DNA of 61,246 nt from Candidatus Gottesmanbacteria bacterium RIFCSPLOWO2_01_FULL_42_22 (GTDB lineage Bacteria > Patescibacteriota > Microgenomatia > 2-02-FULL-39-11). Location: positions 1-61,246 of the forward strand of contig MFJU01000035.1 of assembly GCA_001779315.1 (NCBI GenBank), read 5' to 3'. Below, in pieces: positions 1 to 8,605 of this stretch. The position numbers were made by a program, and so were the translations under genes. How positions within the stretch are numbered: position 1 is the first letter of the stretch; each line of letters starts with the position of its first letter. The notes beneath the pieces were generated by a model, which was not told where the DNA came from, searched no databases, and saw only the letters and a list, made by a program, of their open reading frames with translations.

Positions 1-792
1 TCTGCCTCTCGTTTTTAGCATTTCCTGCGCCGAATCAAAAAGTTTCTTTGAAATGATTGGCTCGTGCTTACCTTCGTGTATTTCACCACCATATTTGAAT
101 AGTCCGATATAAAATGGATTTGAAAGGATAAAAGAAGCTTTAGTTTTGGAGAATATCTTTCCGGAACGCGTAGTGATATGGTTTTTCGCCAAAAAGTTTG
201 ATATATCTTCTAGTCGCATATTTCCTTTGACATATTTTTCAAAAGCCAAGCGCACAACCTTAGCTTGTTTTTTATCTACCACGATTGTCTTTGTTCTCGA
301 ATCGTTGATATATCCGATTGGCGCTTGGCTTGGAAATATTCCCATCCTCACTTTTTGGCGAAGTCCTCGTTTCGTATTTTCGGAAAGAGAATCTACATAA
401 TATTTGCTTTGTCCGAAAGCGATATTGAGCATAAATTTTCCCTGCGAAGTATTTTCAAACCAAAATGTGGGAAATTTCAACATCAACAAATGCCCGCAGT
501 CCACGAGATATATTATTCTTCCACCGTCCACAGAATTGCGCGCGAGACGATCGGGGTTCCATGCCAAAATTCCTTGAGCTTCACCTTGCTCAATTCTTTT
601 CACCATATCGTTAAATATTTTACGCCCTGGAATTTTGGCAGATTGTTTCTCTATCAGTTCCTCGACCACATTCAGATTTTCTTGCCTCGCAAACGCGCGC
701 AATTCTGTGAGCTGTGCCTCAATACTCAAAACCTGCTTGTCCTCAACATCTGTGGACTTGCGGGCATACAAAAAGAATTTTTGTTCATTCAT
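1..792 (-). CDS. Large serine recombinase/integrase, N-terminal 264 codons. The 3' end lies beyond the left window edge. It is absent from the supplied ORF track because no stop codon is in-window.
   Basis: My own reverse-strand translation from the ATG at 792-790 reads MNEQKFFLYARKSTDVEDKQVLSIEAQLTELRAFARQENL...GILAWNPDRLARNSVDGGRIIYL...GIFPSQAPIGYINDSRTKTIVVD...FILSNPFYIGLFKYGGEIHEGKHEPIISKKLF. It has the resolvase-type YARxS catalytic motif followed by a recombinase domain. The frame is open through position 1. Confidence 0.85.
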   Translation of the reverse strand, partial: MNEQKFFLYARKSTDVEDKQVLSIEAQLTELRAFARQENLNVVEELIEKQSAKIPGRKIFNDMVKRIEQGEAQGILAWNPDRLARNSVDGGRIIYLVDCGHLLMLKFPTFWFENTSQGKFMLNIAFGQSKYYVDSLSENTKRGLRQKVRMGIFPSQAPIGYINDSRTKTIVVDKKQAKVVRLAFEKYVKGNMRLEDISNFLAKNHITTRSGKIFSKTKASFILSNPFYIGLFKYGGEIHEGKHEPIISKKLFDSAQEMLKTRGR

Positions 793-801
793 ATTTTTTA
801 A

Positions 802-872
802 AGCAGAAATGGTTATGCTAGGCTCACAATCTCAACGTAAATCAAAATTGTTCTAGCATAACCATTTCTGCT
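802..872. repeat. Perfect 20-bp inverted repeat with a 31-nt spacer, ending 9 nt upstream of the recombinase start codon.
   Basis: Arms 802-821 (AGCAGAAATGGTTATGCTAG) and 853-872 (CTAGCATAACCATTTCTGCT) are exact reverse complements. An inner ACAAT/ATTGT pair (826-830 / 847-851) extends the stem. Confidence 0.9.
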
Positions 873-937
873 GATTTACTAATAATAGTTGTGAGCATAG
901 TTAGTATATCAAAAATATTTCCACAACAAAAATTCTT

Positions 938-955
938 TTTGTCCTTTCGGACAAA
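938..955. terminator. Small hairpin TTTGTCC-TTTC-GGACAAA flanked by A/T runs. It may be a bidirectional terminator or insulator between the tRNA unit and the recombinase gene.
   Basis: It has a 7-bp stem and a tetraloop. It is followed by TTATTTTG on the plus strand and by AAAAAGAATTTTTG on the minus strand. Confidence 0.3.
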
Positions 956-972
956 TTATTTTGTATTGCACG

Positions 973-1059
973 GGATTCCGAACCTGCTTCTTGGCGAAAA
1001 AACAGTGCGCACCGCCCTAGGCGGTGCTGGATTCCGAACCCAGAATTCATTGGCGAAAA
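973..1059. repeat. Two copies of the composite motif GGATTCCGAACC-(N6/N9)-TTGGCGAAAA, with a period of about 56 bp, separated by a GC hairpin.
   Basis: GGATTCCGAACC occurs at 973-984 and 1029-1040. TTGGCGAAAA occurs at 991-1000 and 1050-1059. The hairpin GCACCGCC-CTA-GGCGGTGC lies at 1009-1027. On the minus strand the first motif reads GGTTCGGAATCC, which resembles a tRNA T-arm. Confidence 0.8.
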
Positions 1060-1072
1060 CGGGCGAAACAGC

Positions 1073-1097
1073 GTGGGCGGCGCTTTGCGCCGCCCAC
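1073..1097 (-). terminator. Strong GC hairpin about 35 nt downstream of tRNA-Leu; candidate intrinsic terminator for the tRNA.
   Basis: It has an 11-bp stem (GTGGGCGGCGC / GCGCCGCCCAC) and a TTT loop. On the minus strand it is followed by GCTGTTTCGCCCGTTTTCG, a moderately U-rich tail. Confidence 0.45.
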
Positions 1098-1131
1098 TCC
1101 TTAGTTCGTTCGAAACCGATTGGTTCCGTTT

Positions 1132-1220
1132 TGGTGCCGCGGGTCGGAGTCGAACCGACATGAGCTTTGTGGCCCACAGGTTTTTGAGACCTGCGCGTCT
1201 ACCAGTTCCGCCACCGCGGC
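1132..1220 (-). tRNA. tRNA-Leu (anticodon CAA), 89 nt, class II long variable arm, CCA encoded.
   Basis: The reverse complement is GCCGCGGTGGCGGAACTGGTAGACGCGCAGGTCTCAAAAACCTGTGGGCCACAAAGCTCATGTCGGTTCGACTCCGACCCGCGGCACCA. The acceptor stem is GCCGCGG/CCGCGGC. The anticodon stem is CAGGT/ACCTG with loop CTCAAAA. The T arm is GTCGG-TTCGACT-CCGAC. Confidence 0.95.
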
Positions 1221-1299
1221 AATTGACTGCCCCAATTATATTTTGTTAAACTGGAAGCAGTCAACTTCGGCCTATTATTAAAGGCTGTTTTTTTAGTTT

Positions 1300-2802
1300 A
1301 TGAAATTCACTCTGAAGGTAGCCAAGCCTCACAAATTGGCTGTTGACAGCCTCAATTTGTTTCTCTTCGAGGAAGACTTAGCCAAGTCTTTCAGTGATTT
1401 CCCGCCTCAAATTATAGTTCAAATCAAGGAAGCGTTAAATAAAGAAAATTTTAAAGGGGCCACTTCAGATCAATTAGTCATATCAGGCAGCCTGGACGAG
1501 GCAGCTTTTTATAAAATGAGCGTCAGCGGATTAGGAAAAAAAGCGGAATTCGATTTAGCCGCACTTTACGAATCTGTCGGCCGGTCAATCCGCTTGTCAC
1601 AGGGAACCAAAGCGGTAAAAATTGCTTTTGATTTGCCCCTATTTTGGCTGGATAAATTCGGACCGGAAAAGACGGTTGAAGCTGTTGTTATTGCTGCCAT
1701 GCTCTCATCTTATAAATTTTTAAAATATAAAAGCCAGGTAGAAATAAATAAAATCCGTCCCATTGAAGAAATTATCATGGTAATCCCGGCCCAGAAACTG
1801 GCTCAAGCGGAAGGTGGCATCAGAGGCGGTATTTTAATAGCCGGGGCTACCCTTTATGCGCGTGATTTGGTCAATGAACCGGCACAAATAACCACACCAC
1901 CCTTTTTAGCTGAGGAAGCTGTCAAAATTGCCAAAAATTCCAAAGGGGCGGTAACTGTGAAAATCTGGGAGGAAGATGAAATAAAAAAGAACAAAATGGA
2001 AGCCTTTTTAGGTGTCTCCAGAGGCAGCCACCAGCCCCCCAGATTTATTGTTATGCGCTATAAACCTGCTCGTTCCAGGAAAAAAATTGCCCTGTTGGGC
2101 AAGGGAATCACTTTTGACACCGGCGGTCTGTCTTTAAAGGGATCGGAACATATGGAAACCATGAAATTGGATATGGCCGGAGCGGCAGCAGTTTTGGGAG
2201 TTTTTTCCGTTATCGGGGAAATTAAACCCCCAATTGAAGTAGTCGGCTTAATTGCTGCCTGTGAGAATATGCCCGGGGGACGGGCATTAAAACCCGGTGA
2301 CATTCTTAAAGCGGCCAACGGCAAAACCATTGAAGTTTTAAATACCGATGCCGAAGGCAGGCTGACTTTGGCTGACTCCTTATCGTTTGCCGTAAAATCG
2401 GAAAAACCGGATGAAATGATAGATCTGGCAACTTTAACCGGAGCCTGTGTGGTAGCTTTGGGTGAAAATATTGCCGGGCTTTTCGGTAATGACGTAAAAC
2501 TCCTGGCGGCTTTGGAAAAAGCCTCAAATTCATCTGGTGACCGGGTCTGGCAGTTGCCTTTGGAAAAAAGTTATGCAGAGCTTATCAAAAGTCAAATTGC
2601 CGATATCAAAAATACGCAGACAGGCAAATACGGAGGAGCCATTACCGCCGCCCTTTTTCTTAATGAATTTACAGCTGATGTGCCTTGGGCGCATTTGGAT
2701 ATTGCCGGACCGGCCTTTGCTGAAAAGGTAACTCCACTGACAGCGGTTGGCGGCACTGGTTTCGGTGTCAGGCTTCTTTTAAATTATTTGAAGTCTGTTT
2801 AA
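1300..2802 (+). CDS. pepA: Leucyl aminopeptidase (M17 family).
   Basis: 500 aa. It carries the M17 signature NTDAEGRLTLAD and the GITFDTGGLSLK motif. Confidence 0.9.
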   Translation: MKFTLKVAKPHKLAVDSLNLFLFEEDLAKSFSDFPPQIIVQIKEALNKENFKGATSDQLVISGSLDEAAFYKMSVSGLGKKAEFDLAALYESVGRSIRLSQGTKAVKIAFDLPLFWLDKFGPEKTVEAVVIAAMLSSYKFLKYKSQVEINKIRPIEEIIMVIPAQKLAQAEGGIRGGILIAGATLYARDLVNEPAQITTPPFLAEEAVKIAKNSKGAVTVKIWEEDEIKKNKMEAFLGVSRGSHQPPRFIVMRYKPARSRKKIALLGKGITFDTGGLSLKGSEHMETMKLDMAGAAAVLGVFSVIGEIKPPIEVVGLIAACENMPGGRALKPGDILKAANGKTIEVLNTDAEGRLTLADSLSFAVKSEKPDEMIDLATLTGACVVALGENIAGLFGNDVKLLAALEKASNSSGDRVWQLPLEKSYAELIKSQIADIKNTQTGKYGGAITAALFLNEFTADVPWAHLDIAGPAFAEKVTPLTAVGGTGFGVRLLLNYLKSV

Positions 2803-2818
2803 ACTTCCCAAAAACAAT

Positions 2819-4057
2819 ATGTCATCGTCATACAGAGAGATAATAGGTAATTATTCTTTCCGCGTTTTATGGCTGGCGCAAATTATTTCACAGATTGCCA
2901 TGAACATGCTTTCTTTTGTTCTGGCGATTCAGGTTTATCAGAAAACTTTCTCCAATACCGCTGTTTCTTTAATGCTTTTGACATTCGGTATTCCTTCAAT
3001 CATCTTTGGCGTTTTAGCCGGGGGTATTGTTGACCGCTTTGATAAAAGAAAAATACTCATGTTCTGCAATTTGGGCCGGTTTTTCATTCTGATTGCTTAC
3101 GCCTTTTTCCATGAAAATTTGCTGATGCTCTATTTGCTTTCAATTGCCGTTTCCATTTTAACGCAGCTGTTCATTCCGGCTGAAGCCCCTTCAATCCCCC
3201 AACTTCTACCGAAAAAAAATCTAATGCCGGCCAATTCGCTCTTTACCATCACTTTTTATCTGTCAACCATAATCGGCTCCATTGCCGCCGGCCCCTTTCT
3301 AGGATCTATGGGATCTAGGACGGTCTTTTTAATGATGGCGGTCTTTATGTTTGCCGCTTTTGTTTTAACCAGCCGTTTGCCCGGTTTAATTTCGGGAAAT
3401 AAAACTGTTTTAAAATTAAATTTTCCCGGGTTGATTAAACCAATTTTCGAAGGATTCGTCTTTATTTACCGGCATCCGCGCATAAAACATAGTCTTTACC
3501 TGATGACTTTTTCACAGTCTTTGATTGTTACCTTGGCTGTTTTGGCACCGGGTTTTGCCCACAGGATTTTGATGACAGATATAAAAGATGCTTCTCTTTT
3601 GGTTTTGGGTCCGGCTGCACTTGGCATTATCTCGGGAGCTCTCCTGGTAGGCTCAATCGGTAACCGTTTTTTAAAAGGATCGCTGATTCTGACAGGACTT
3701 ATTATGACCGGGGTAAGTTTGATTCTTCTGGCCATTTTAAGCATGAATGTTTACGGCCCTATGTTATACTTTATCATGTTACTGTTGTTTCTGACCGGTT
3801 TGTCCAATTCTCTCATCAATGTACCGACATCGACCATATTGCAGCAGGAGTCTGAAACCGGAATACGGGGCCGGATATACGGCGTGATGACTTCTTTAAC
3901 AGGAGGTTTTTCCATTTTACCGGTTCTTTTTTCCGGTTTGATGGCAGACTTTGTCGGTATCAGCCGAACCTTGGTTGTTATCGGAATTTTTGTGCTGGGG
4001 ATGGCTGTATTTTATTTTATTAAAAGAAATAAATTAACCGCCTATCAACAGGTATGA
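2819..4057 (+). CDS. MFS transporter.
   Basis: 412 aa with about 12 hydrophobic helices. GGIVDRFDKRK matches MFS motif A (GxxxDRxGRR/K). Confidence 0.8.
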   Translation: MSSSYREIIGNYSFRVLWLAQIISQIAMNMLSFVLAIQVYQKTFSNTAVSLMLLTFGIPSIIFGVLAGGIVDRFDKRKILMFCNLGRFFILIAYAFFHENLLMLYLLSIAVSILTQLFIPAEAPSIPQLLPKKNLMPANSLFTITFYLSTIIGSIAAGPFLGSMGSRTVFLMMAVFMFAAFVLTSRLPGLISGNKTVLKLNFPGLIKPIFEGFVFIYRHPRIKHSLYLMTFSQSLIVTLAVLAPGFAHRILMTDIKDASLLVLGPAALGIISGALLVGSIGNRFLKGSLILTGLIMTGVSLILLAILSMNVYGPMLYFIMLLLFLTGLSNSLINVPTSTILQQESETGIRGRIYGVMTSLTGGFSILPVLFSGLMADFVGISRTLVVIGIFVLGMAVFYFIKRNKLTAYQQV

Positions 4058-4836
4058 TTCCCATTTTATATACTATCGGCAACTATAATGTCTATGCCTT
4101 CGGCTTCTTTTTAGCCCTCTCATTTTTGTTGTCAACTTTTGTGGTCTGGAAATATTCAAAGGATGAGTTTAAAGAAGAAGACTGTTTGGATGCTTACCTC
4201 TACGGTTTTATGACCGCTGTCATTTCCGCACGTCTCATTTATATTCTGAGGAATTTTTCCGATTTCGGCTTTCATTTTTTGCAATATATATTGGTGACGG
4301 AGACTCCGGGTTTGTCGTTGATGGGAGGAGCTTTGGGCGGCTTTTTATTTTTACTGTATTACAGCAGGAAGAGGAAACTGCGCTTTTGGCATATTCTCGA
4401 TATCTTTTCATTAAGTACAGCCGTATCTTTAGTGTTAATCAAAATCGGACAGCAGTTGGGAGGTGCTGCCTTTGGCAGAGAAACGGATTTTTTTCTTAAG
4501 ATCAGGATAGTAGGATTGCCGAATTTTCACCATCCGGCCGAATTTTACGAAGCGTTTTTGTTTTTTAACGTTTTTCTTATCCTGGTTTATCTCTATAAAA
4601 TCAGCCTGCGTAAGAAATGGCCTGAAGGAACAGTTTTTGCCGTTTTCGGACTTTGTTTAGGGCTGATCGTTTTCGCACTTGAATTTTTAAAAGTTTACCG
4701 CGTATACTTATATGGCTTGTCAGTCAGGCAGTATTTAGCTTTGGTTATGATGATCTTAAGTTGTGCTTTTCTGATTCATAAGCTGAATATTCTGAATAAA
4801 ATAAACAGAAAAAATGAAAATGAAATTTCCGCATAA
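4054..4836 (+). CDS. lgt: Prolipoprotein diacylglyceryl transferase.
   Basis: 260-aa polytopic protein. The N-terminus (YTIGNYNVYAFGFFLALSFL), HHPAEFYEAF and the GQQLGGAAFGRET segments are Lgt-like. Its start overlaps the MFS stop codon (ATGA). Confidence 0.75.
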   Translation: MIPILYTIGNYNVYAFGFFLALSFLLSTFVVWKYSKDEFKEEDCLDAYLYGFMTAVISARLIYILRNFSDFGFHFLQYILVTETPGLSLMGGALGGFLFLLYYSRKRKLRFWHILDIFSLSTAVSLVLIKIGQQLGGAAFGRETDFFLKIRIVGLPNFHHPAEFYEAFLFFNVFLILVYLYKISLRKKWPEGTVFAVFGLCLGLIVFALEFLKVYRVYLYGLSVRQYLALVMMILSCAFLIHKLNILNKINRKNENEISA

Positions 4837-5179
4837 TTTAATCGACGGCATCTATCAGAATCTGGTCGGTCTTAAGGACAAGATCGAAAAGAGAATATCC
4901 AGTTTGAAAATGCAGGATCCGTATTCTGATCCGGACCGTGTCAATGATAATGCTGCCTCGGATACGGATGCTAAAGAGGAGAGTACGCATGAACGCACGG
5001 AAGCCATAGAAAAAGTGCTTAAATCCTCTCTTGAGGAAATTAATTTAGCCCTGGAGCGGATAAAAAAGGGAACATACGGCAAATGTCTCAATTGCCGCAA
5101 AAAGATAAGCCTGGACAGATTGGCCATAAAACCGACAGCCCTTTATTGTGTAGAGTGCGAACGGAAAAAAGAAAAATAA
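4814..5179 (+). CDS. DksA/TraR-family C4 zinc-finger protein.
   Basis: 121 aa with a C-terminal CLNC-x17-CVEC zinc finger after a coiled-coil-like region. Confidence 0.75.
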   Translation: MKMKFPHNLIDGIYQNLVGLKDKIEKRISSLKMQDPYSDPDRVNDNAASDTDAKEESTHERTEAIEKVLKSSLEEINLALERIKKGTYGKCLNCRKKISLDRLAIKPTALYCVECERKKEK

Positions 5180-5223
5180 CCCCTCTTTTCCTTTTTTGTC
5201 CCGGAGACTTTATACTGAATTAA

Positions 5224-5922
5224 ATGGATATTTCCGTTAATTTTGAAGATGATTATCTGGCCGTCATTGAGAAGCCGGCCGGTATCACGGTAAACCGTTC
5301 GGAAAATGATCGGGAAAATACTCTGGAGGATTGGTCACAAGATAAATTAGGCTTGAAGCTTTTGGAAAGGGCCGGCATTGTCCATCGCCTGGATAAGGAA
5401 ACGTCAGGACTGATAATTATTGCCAAAGATGAGGAAAGTTTACATAAGCTCCAGCAGCAGTTTGCCGAAAGGGAAGTTAAAAAAAAATATTCAGCCCTTG
5501 TTCACGGTTTGCTTAAAGGCACCAATGGCAGCCTGACGGTATCAGCGCCTATAAGCAGACTTCCCTGGAACAGGCGTAAGTTCGGCATTGTTCCGGACGG
5601 CAGGGAAGCTGTGACTGAAATTGCCATTTTAGACTATTATGAAAGGAAAAATAAAGACTATACTTATATCGAGGCAAAACCGCAAACCGGACGGACCCAC
5701 CAGATCCGGGTTCATTTGAAATATCTGGGGCATCCGATTGTGGCTGATCCTTTATATGCCGGACGGAAAGTTTTCCGGCAGGATATTAAAATTTTCCTGC
5801 GATTATTTCTTCATGCTTCATATCTTTCATTTAAGCATCCGCTAACAGACAAAGTGCTTGAATTTAATTCACCCCTTCCCCACGATTTGGCTGAAAGTTT
5901 AAAAATTCTTGAAAAGAAATGA
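5224..5922 (+). CDS. RluA-family pseudouridine synthase (no S4 domain).
   Basis: 232 aa with the catalytic motif HRLDKETSGLIIIAK and GRTHQIRVHL. Confidence 0.85.
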   Translation: MDISVNFEDDYLAVIEKPAGITVNRSENDRENTLEDWSQDKLGLKLLERAGIVHRLDKETSGLIIIAKDEESLHKLQQQFAEREVKKKYSALVHGLLKGTNGSLTVSAPISRLPWNRRKFGIVPDGREAVTEIAILDYYERKNKDYTYIEAKPQTGRTHQIRVHLKYLGHPIVADPLYAGRKVFRQDIKIFLRLFLHASYLSFKHPLTDKVLEFNSPLPHDLAESLKILEKK

Positions 5923-6917
5923 CAGACTATCGTTTAACAGGCATAGCTAGAAAAAGGTTTTTGCTTTTTACTTTTATTCCGTTGGTTCTCTTAATGATTT
6001 ATCTCAAATTTTCAGCGGGTTGGCATGGTGACAGACGCTATACGGTCGTCTTCCATAATATCTATCCTGAGACAGAATCAGGAGAAAACGATTTGGCCCT
6101 TGTTTCGTTGGAGCCTTCCTCACAAAGAGGCATTTATCTTTATATCAGCCCCAAAATCCTCTTGGATTTGCCTTACGGTTATAAAACATATCCGTCATCT
6201 TCAGTTTTCCGCTTAGGCGCATTGGAATCGGGAGATGCTGCAGGCGGACATCTGCTTCAAAAAAGCCTGGAATTATCCCTGGGAGTGAAAATCGATGCCT
6301 TTGTGGCGGCAAAGAATAACTGGTTTGACTTAAGTAAAAAAAAGGGAGAATTCGATAATTTTAAAAGGGATAATTTCACTCTTTATAAGGGCTTGCCTTT
6401 TTTATTCCGCTTATTAACCGATAAATACGTCTCGAATCTGAACTTTTCGGAAAAATTACGCTTTTTTTTAAAGATGAGAAAAATAAGGCTGGACCAGCTG
6501 GAATTTGTCAATCTGGCCGAATCTTCCAGCGTTTACCCGGAAATTTTACCTGATAAAACAGAAGTTTGGCATATTGATCAGATTAATTTTGACCATAATA
6601 ATTTTTCCCGTTTCGAGGACAGACTGGTCCGTTTGGAAGATATTTCACTGGAAGTGGAAAATGCCTCAGGCGAAGAAAAAGTAGCCACACTCTTTGCCAG
6701 GGTTCTGAAGAATTACGGAGTAAAAGTGGTCGCCAGACTTACAGCCAAAAAGATTATGGCAGAAAACTGTCTGCTTTATTTATATTCAGGGGAAGCGGCC
6801 GAGAGCCGTATAGCTGAAATCATGGTAAATGATTATAATTGTAGACAAGAAAAACGGTTTGACAAAAATTCCCAGGCGGATATCAGGGTTATACTGGGAG
6901 AAAAATTCATCAAATGA
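5919..6917 (+). CDS. Membrane-anchored envelope protein, LCP-like with a LytR_C-like C-terminal domain.
   Basis: 332 aa with an N-terminal TM helix. The C-terminal segment ISLEVENASGEEKVATLFARVLKNYGVKVV...LLYLYSG resembles the LytR_C fold. It is overlap-coupled to the upstream gene. Confidence 0.5.
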   Translation: MTDYRLTGIARKRFLLFTFIPLVLLMIYLKFSAGWHGDRRYTVVFHNIYPETESGENDLALVSLEPSSQRGIYLYISPKILLDLPYGYKTYPSSSVFRLGALESGDAAGGHLLQKSLELSLGVKIDAFVAAKNNWFDLSKKKGEFDNFKRDNFTLYKGLPFLFRLLTDKYVSNLNFSEKLRFFLKMRKIRLDQLEFVNLAESSSVYPEILPDKTEVWHIDQINFDHNNFSRFEDRLVRLEDISLEVENASGEEKVATLFARVLKNYGVKVVARLTAKKIMAENCLLYLYSGEAAESRIAEIMVNDYNCRQEKRFDKNSQADIRVILGEKFIK

Positions 6918-7108
6918 ACAGGGAAATTTATTTTTTCAGCTTTCTTTTTATCATTTCATTTATTCTGGCTGTAAAAGCAGTCGGGCATGAATTGACGGTT
7001 CCTGACAGCGTAAAAAAAATAAAGATCAGAAGGAGAAAAAAAGGTTTATCAGGGGTTATTCTTTTTCTGAAGGAAAAAATTGTCCATTATTCTTCGGATT
7101 CTTCCTGA
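6914..7108 (+). CDS. Possible small membrane protein (64 aa).
   Basis: Its ATG overlaps the previous stop (ATGA) and it has one hydrophobic helix. Its 3' end overlaps the convergent TPR gene, so the call is weak. Confidence 0.3.
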   Translation: MNREIYFFSFLFIISFILAVKAVGHELTVPDSVKKIKIRRRKKGLSGVILFLKEKIVHYSSDSS

Positions 7109-7800
7109 ACTTCTTCATCATCGGATTCTTCTTCCGGAAGAACACCTTTTTTTATTTCTTTTCGGATGGTCGTCGCGAAATCCTTTAAGCTCGCCGGAGA
7201 AAAACTCGGCTGGTGATTCAGTTTTTTACCCCGTGACATTTCCCTGATAAAAACGGAGATATAATTTTTTTGAATATTTTTAATGCAGACTAAATAAGTA
7301 TTGCCCGCTTCAATAAATTTTAACAGACGGAAGGTGACGTCATCAGGTATGGCCCCGTAATATGTTTTATCAATGCCTCTGACTTCGATAGCGTGTTTTT
7401 TCGGATTCAGCTGGACGGTATCGCCGATTGAGAGTTTGGAAATAATTCTGAAAGGAGCGAGATTAATCAGCTGTATGATTTTTGTTCTGCCCGGTTCTTC
7501 AATAAATAGGCTGGGGGAGACTCTGGAACTAATATTGGTTTTAATATGTGTTCCGGAAAGATTAGCAATTTTCAGATAATTTTTTTGCGCCACACAGTTA
7601 TAGCGGTCGGCGGCCAGTATTTTTTTATAGAGCTTCTTGGCTTTATCTATCTCACCATATTGCAGATAGGCATAAGCCAGACGACAGAGCGTTTCCAAGT
7701 CATCTTTGTTGTTTTTGAGAATAGTTTTATTTATCTCAATAGCCCGGTCCCAATTTTGGGCTAATGCGGCGGAAATTGCATCGGAGACAGCGTCCTCCAT
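7087..7800 (-). CDS. TPR-repeat protein with an acidic C-terminal tail; function unknown.
   Basis: 237 aa. It has TPR-like helices (LCRLAYAYLQYGEIDKAKKLYKKIL) and the tail EEESDDEEVQEESEE. Confidence 0.65.
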   Translation of the reverse strand: MEDAVSDAISAALAQNWDRAIEINKTILKNNKDDLETLCRLAYAYLQYGEIDKAKKLYKKILAADRYNCVAQKNYLKIANLSGTHIKTNISSRVSPSLFIEEPGRTKIIQLINLAPFRIISKLSIGDTVQLNPKKHAIEVRGIDKTYYGAIPDDVTFRLLKFIEAGNTYLVCIKNIQKNYISVFIREMSRGKKLNHQPSFSPASLKDFATTIRKEIKKGVLPEEESDDEEVQEESEE

Positions 7801-7873
7801 TTTTTAAGAATGGCAGTAGTGTAAGGGGAGTGTTGAGAAATGTCAATAGTAGGGATATAATTTGGCCACCTTT

Positions 7874-8605
7874 ATGTCCGGTCATTCCAAATGGTCCAAA
7901 GTTAAGCATCAAAAAGCGTCAACCGATGCGGTCAAGGGTAAAATTTTTACCAAAATGGCCAATGCCATCATTATGGCTGTTAAACAGGGTGGCGGTACCG
8001 ATCCGGACAGCAATTTTAAATTGAGGCTGGCCATAGACCGTGCTAAAAATGCCAATATGCCCAAGGATAATATCGTCAGGGCAATTGAGAGGGCCGGGAA
8101 GTCAGGTGAATCGGAATCCGTTTCCGAAATAATATATGAAGCTTTCGGTCCGGCAGGCATAGGCATACTTATAAAAGCAGTGACGGACAATAAGCAAAGG
8201 ACGGTTTCCGAGATTAAAAATATACTGGAGAGGGGAGGAGGGGTTTTAGCCTCCCAGGGAGCTGTTTCCCATCTGTTCCAGCAGGTGGGACTTTTGGAAG
8301 TTGAAAAAAACAGCAGGACGTTTGATGAAATTTTTGAATTAGTTTCCCAAGCCGGGGGCATTGATATGGAAGAAGAAGAGGGGATAATTATGGTTTATTC
8401 AACTTATGCCGACCTTCACAAAGTCAGGGAATTTCTGGAAAAGCATGCTTTCAAAATCCTTTCTGCGGAACTCTACTTCCGTCCGGATTTGCAATTGAAT
8501 ATCGAAAAGACGGATTTGTCGGAAAAAATAGATAAACTTCTGATAATTTTGGAAGACACAGAAGATATCCAGAGAGTTTACACCAATTACAAACCCAATG
8601 TATAA
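7874..8605 (+). CDS. yebC: YebC/PmpR-family transcriptional regulator.
   Basis: MSGHSKWSKVKHQKASTDAVKGKIFTK is the canonical N-terminus. I prefer the ATG at 7874 to the TTG at 7862 given in the track. Confidence 0.9.
   Translation: MSGHSKWSKVKHQKASTDAVKGKIFTKMANAIIMAVKQGGGTDPDSNFKLRLAIDRAKNANMPKDNIVRAIERAGKSGESESVSEIIYEAFGPAGIGILIKAVTDNKQRTVSEIKNILERGGGVLASQGAVSHLFQQVGLLEVEKNSRTFDEIFELVSQAGGIDMEEEEGIIMVYSTYADLHKVREFLEKHAFKILSAELYFRPDLQLNIEKTDLSEKIDKLLIILEDTEDIQRVYTNYKPNV

Noticed and set aside
146-856. Plus-strand ORFs 146-400, 265-801 and 635-856 from the track.
   Set aside because: They are antisense to a much better reverse-strand reading frame (the serine recombinase, open from 792 to 1). 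Their translations are low-complexity and lack any motif.
973-1040. T-arm-like GGTTCGGAATCC motifs (minus strand) considered as additional tRNA genes or pseudogenes.
   Set aside because: I could not fold a cloverleaf around either copy. There is no matching acceptor 5' strand, and the loop would lack the conserved A58 position. I kept it only as a repeat and a finding.
891-1177. ORFs 891-1163(+), 901-1161(-) and 956-1177(-).
   Set aside because: They run through the GC-rich hairpin/repeat region and into the tRNA-Leu gene. The Arg/Ala/Pro-rich translations are typical of spurious frames in GC-rich structured DNA.
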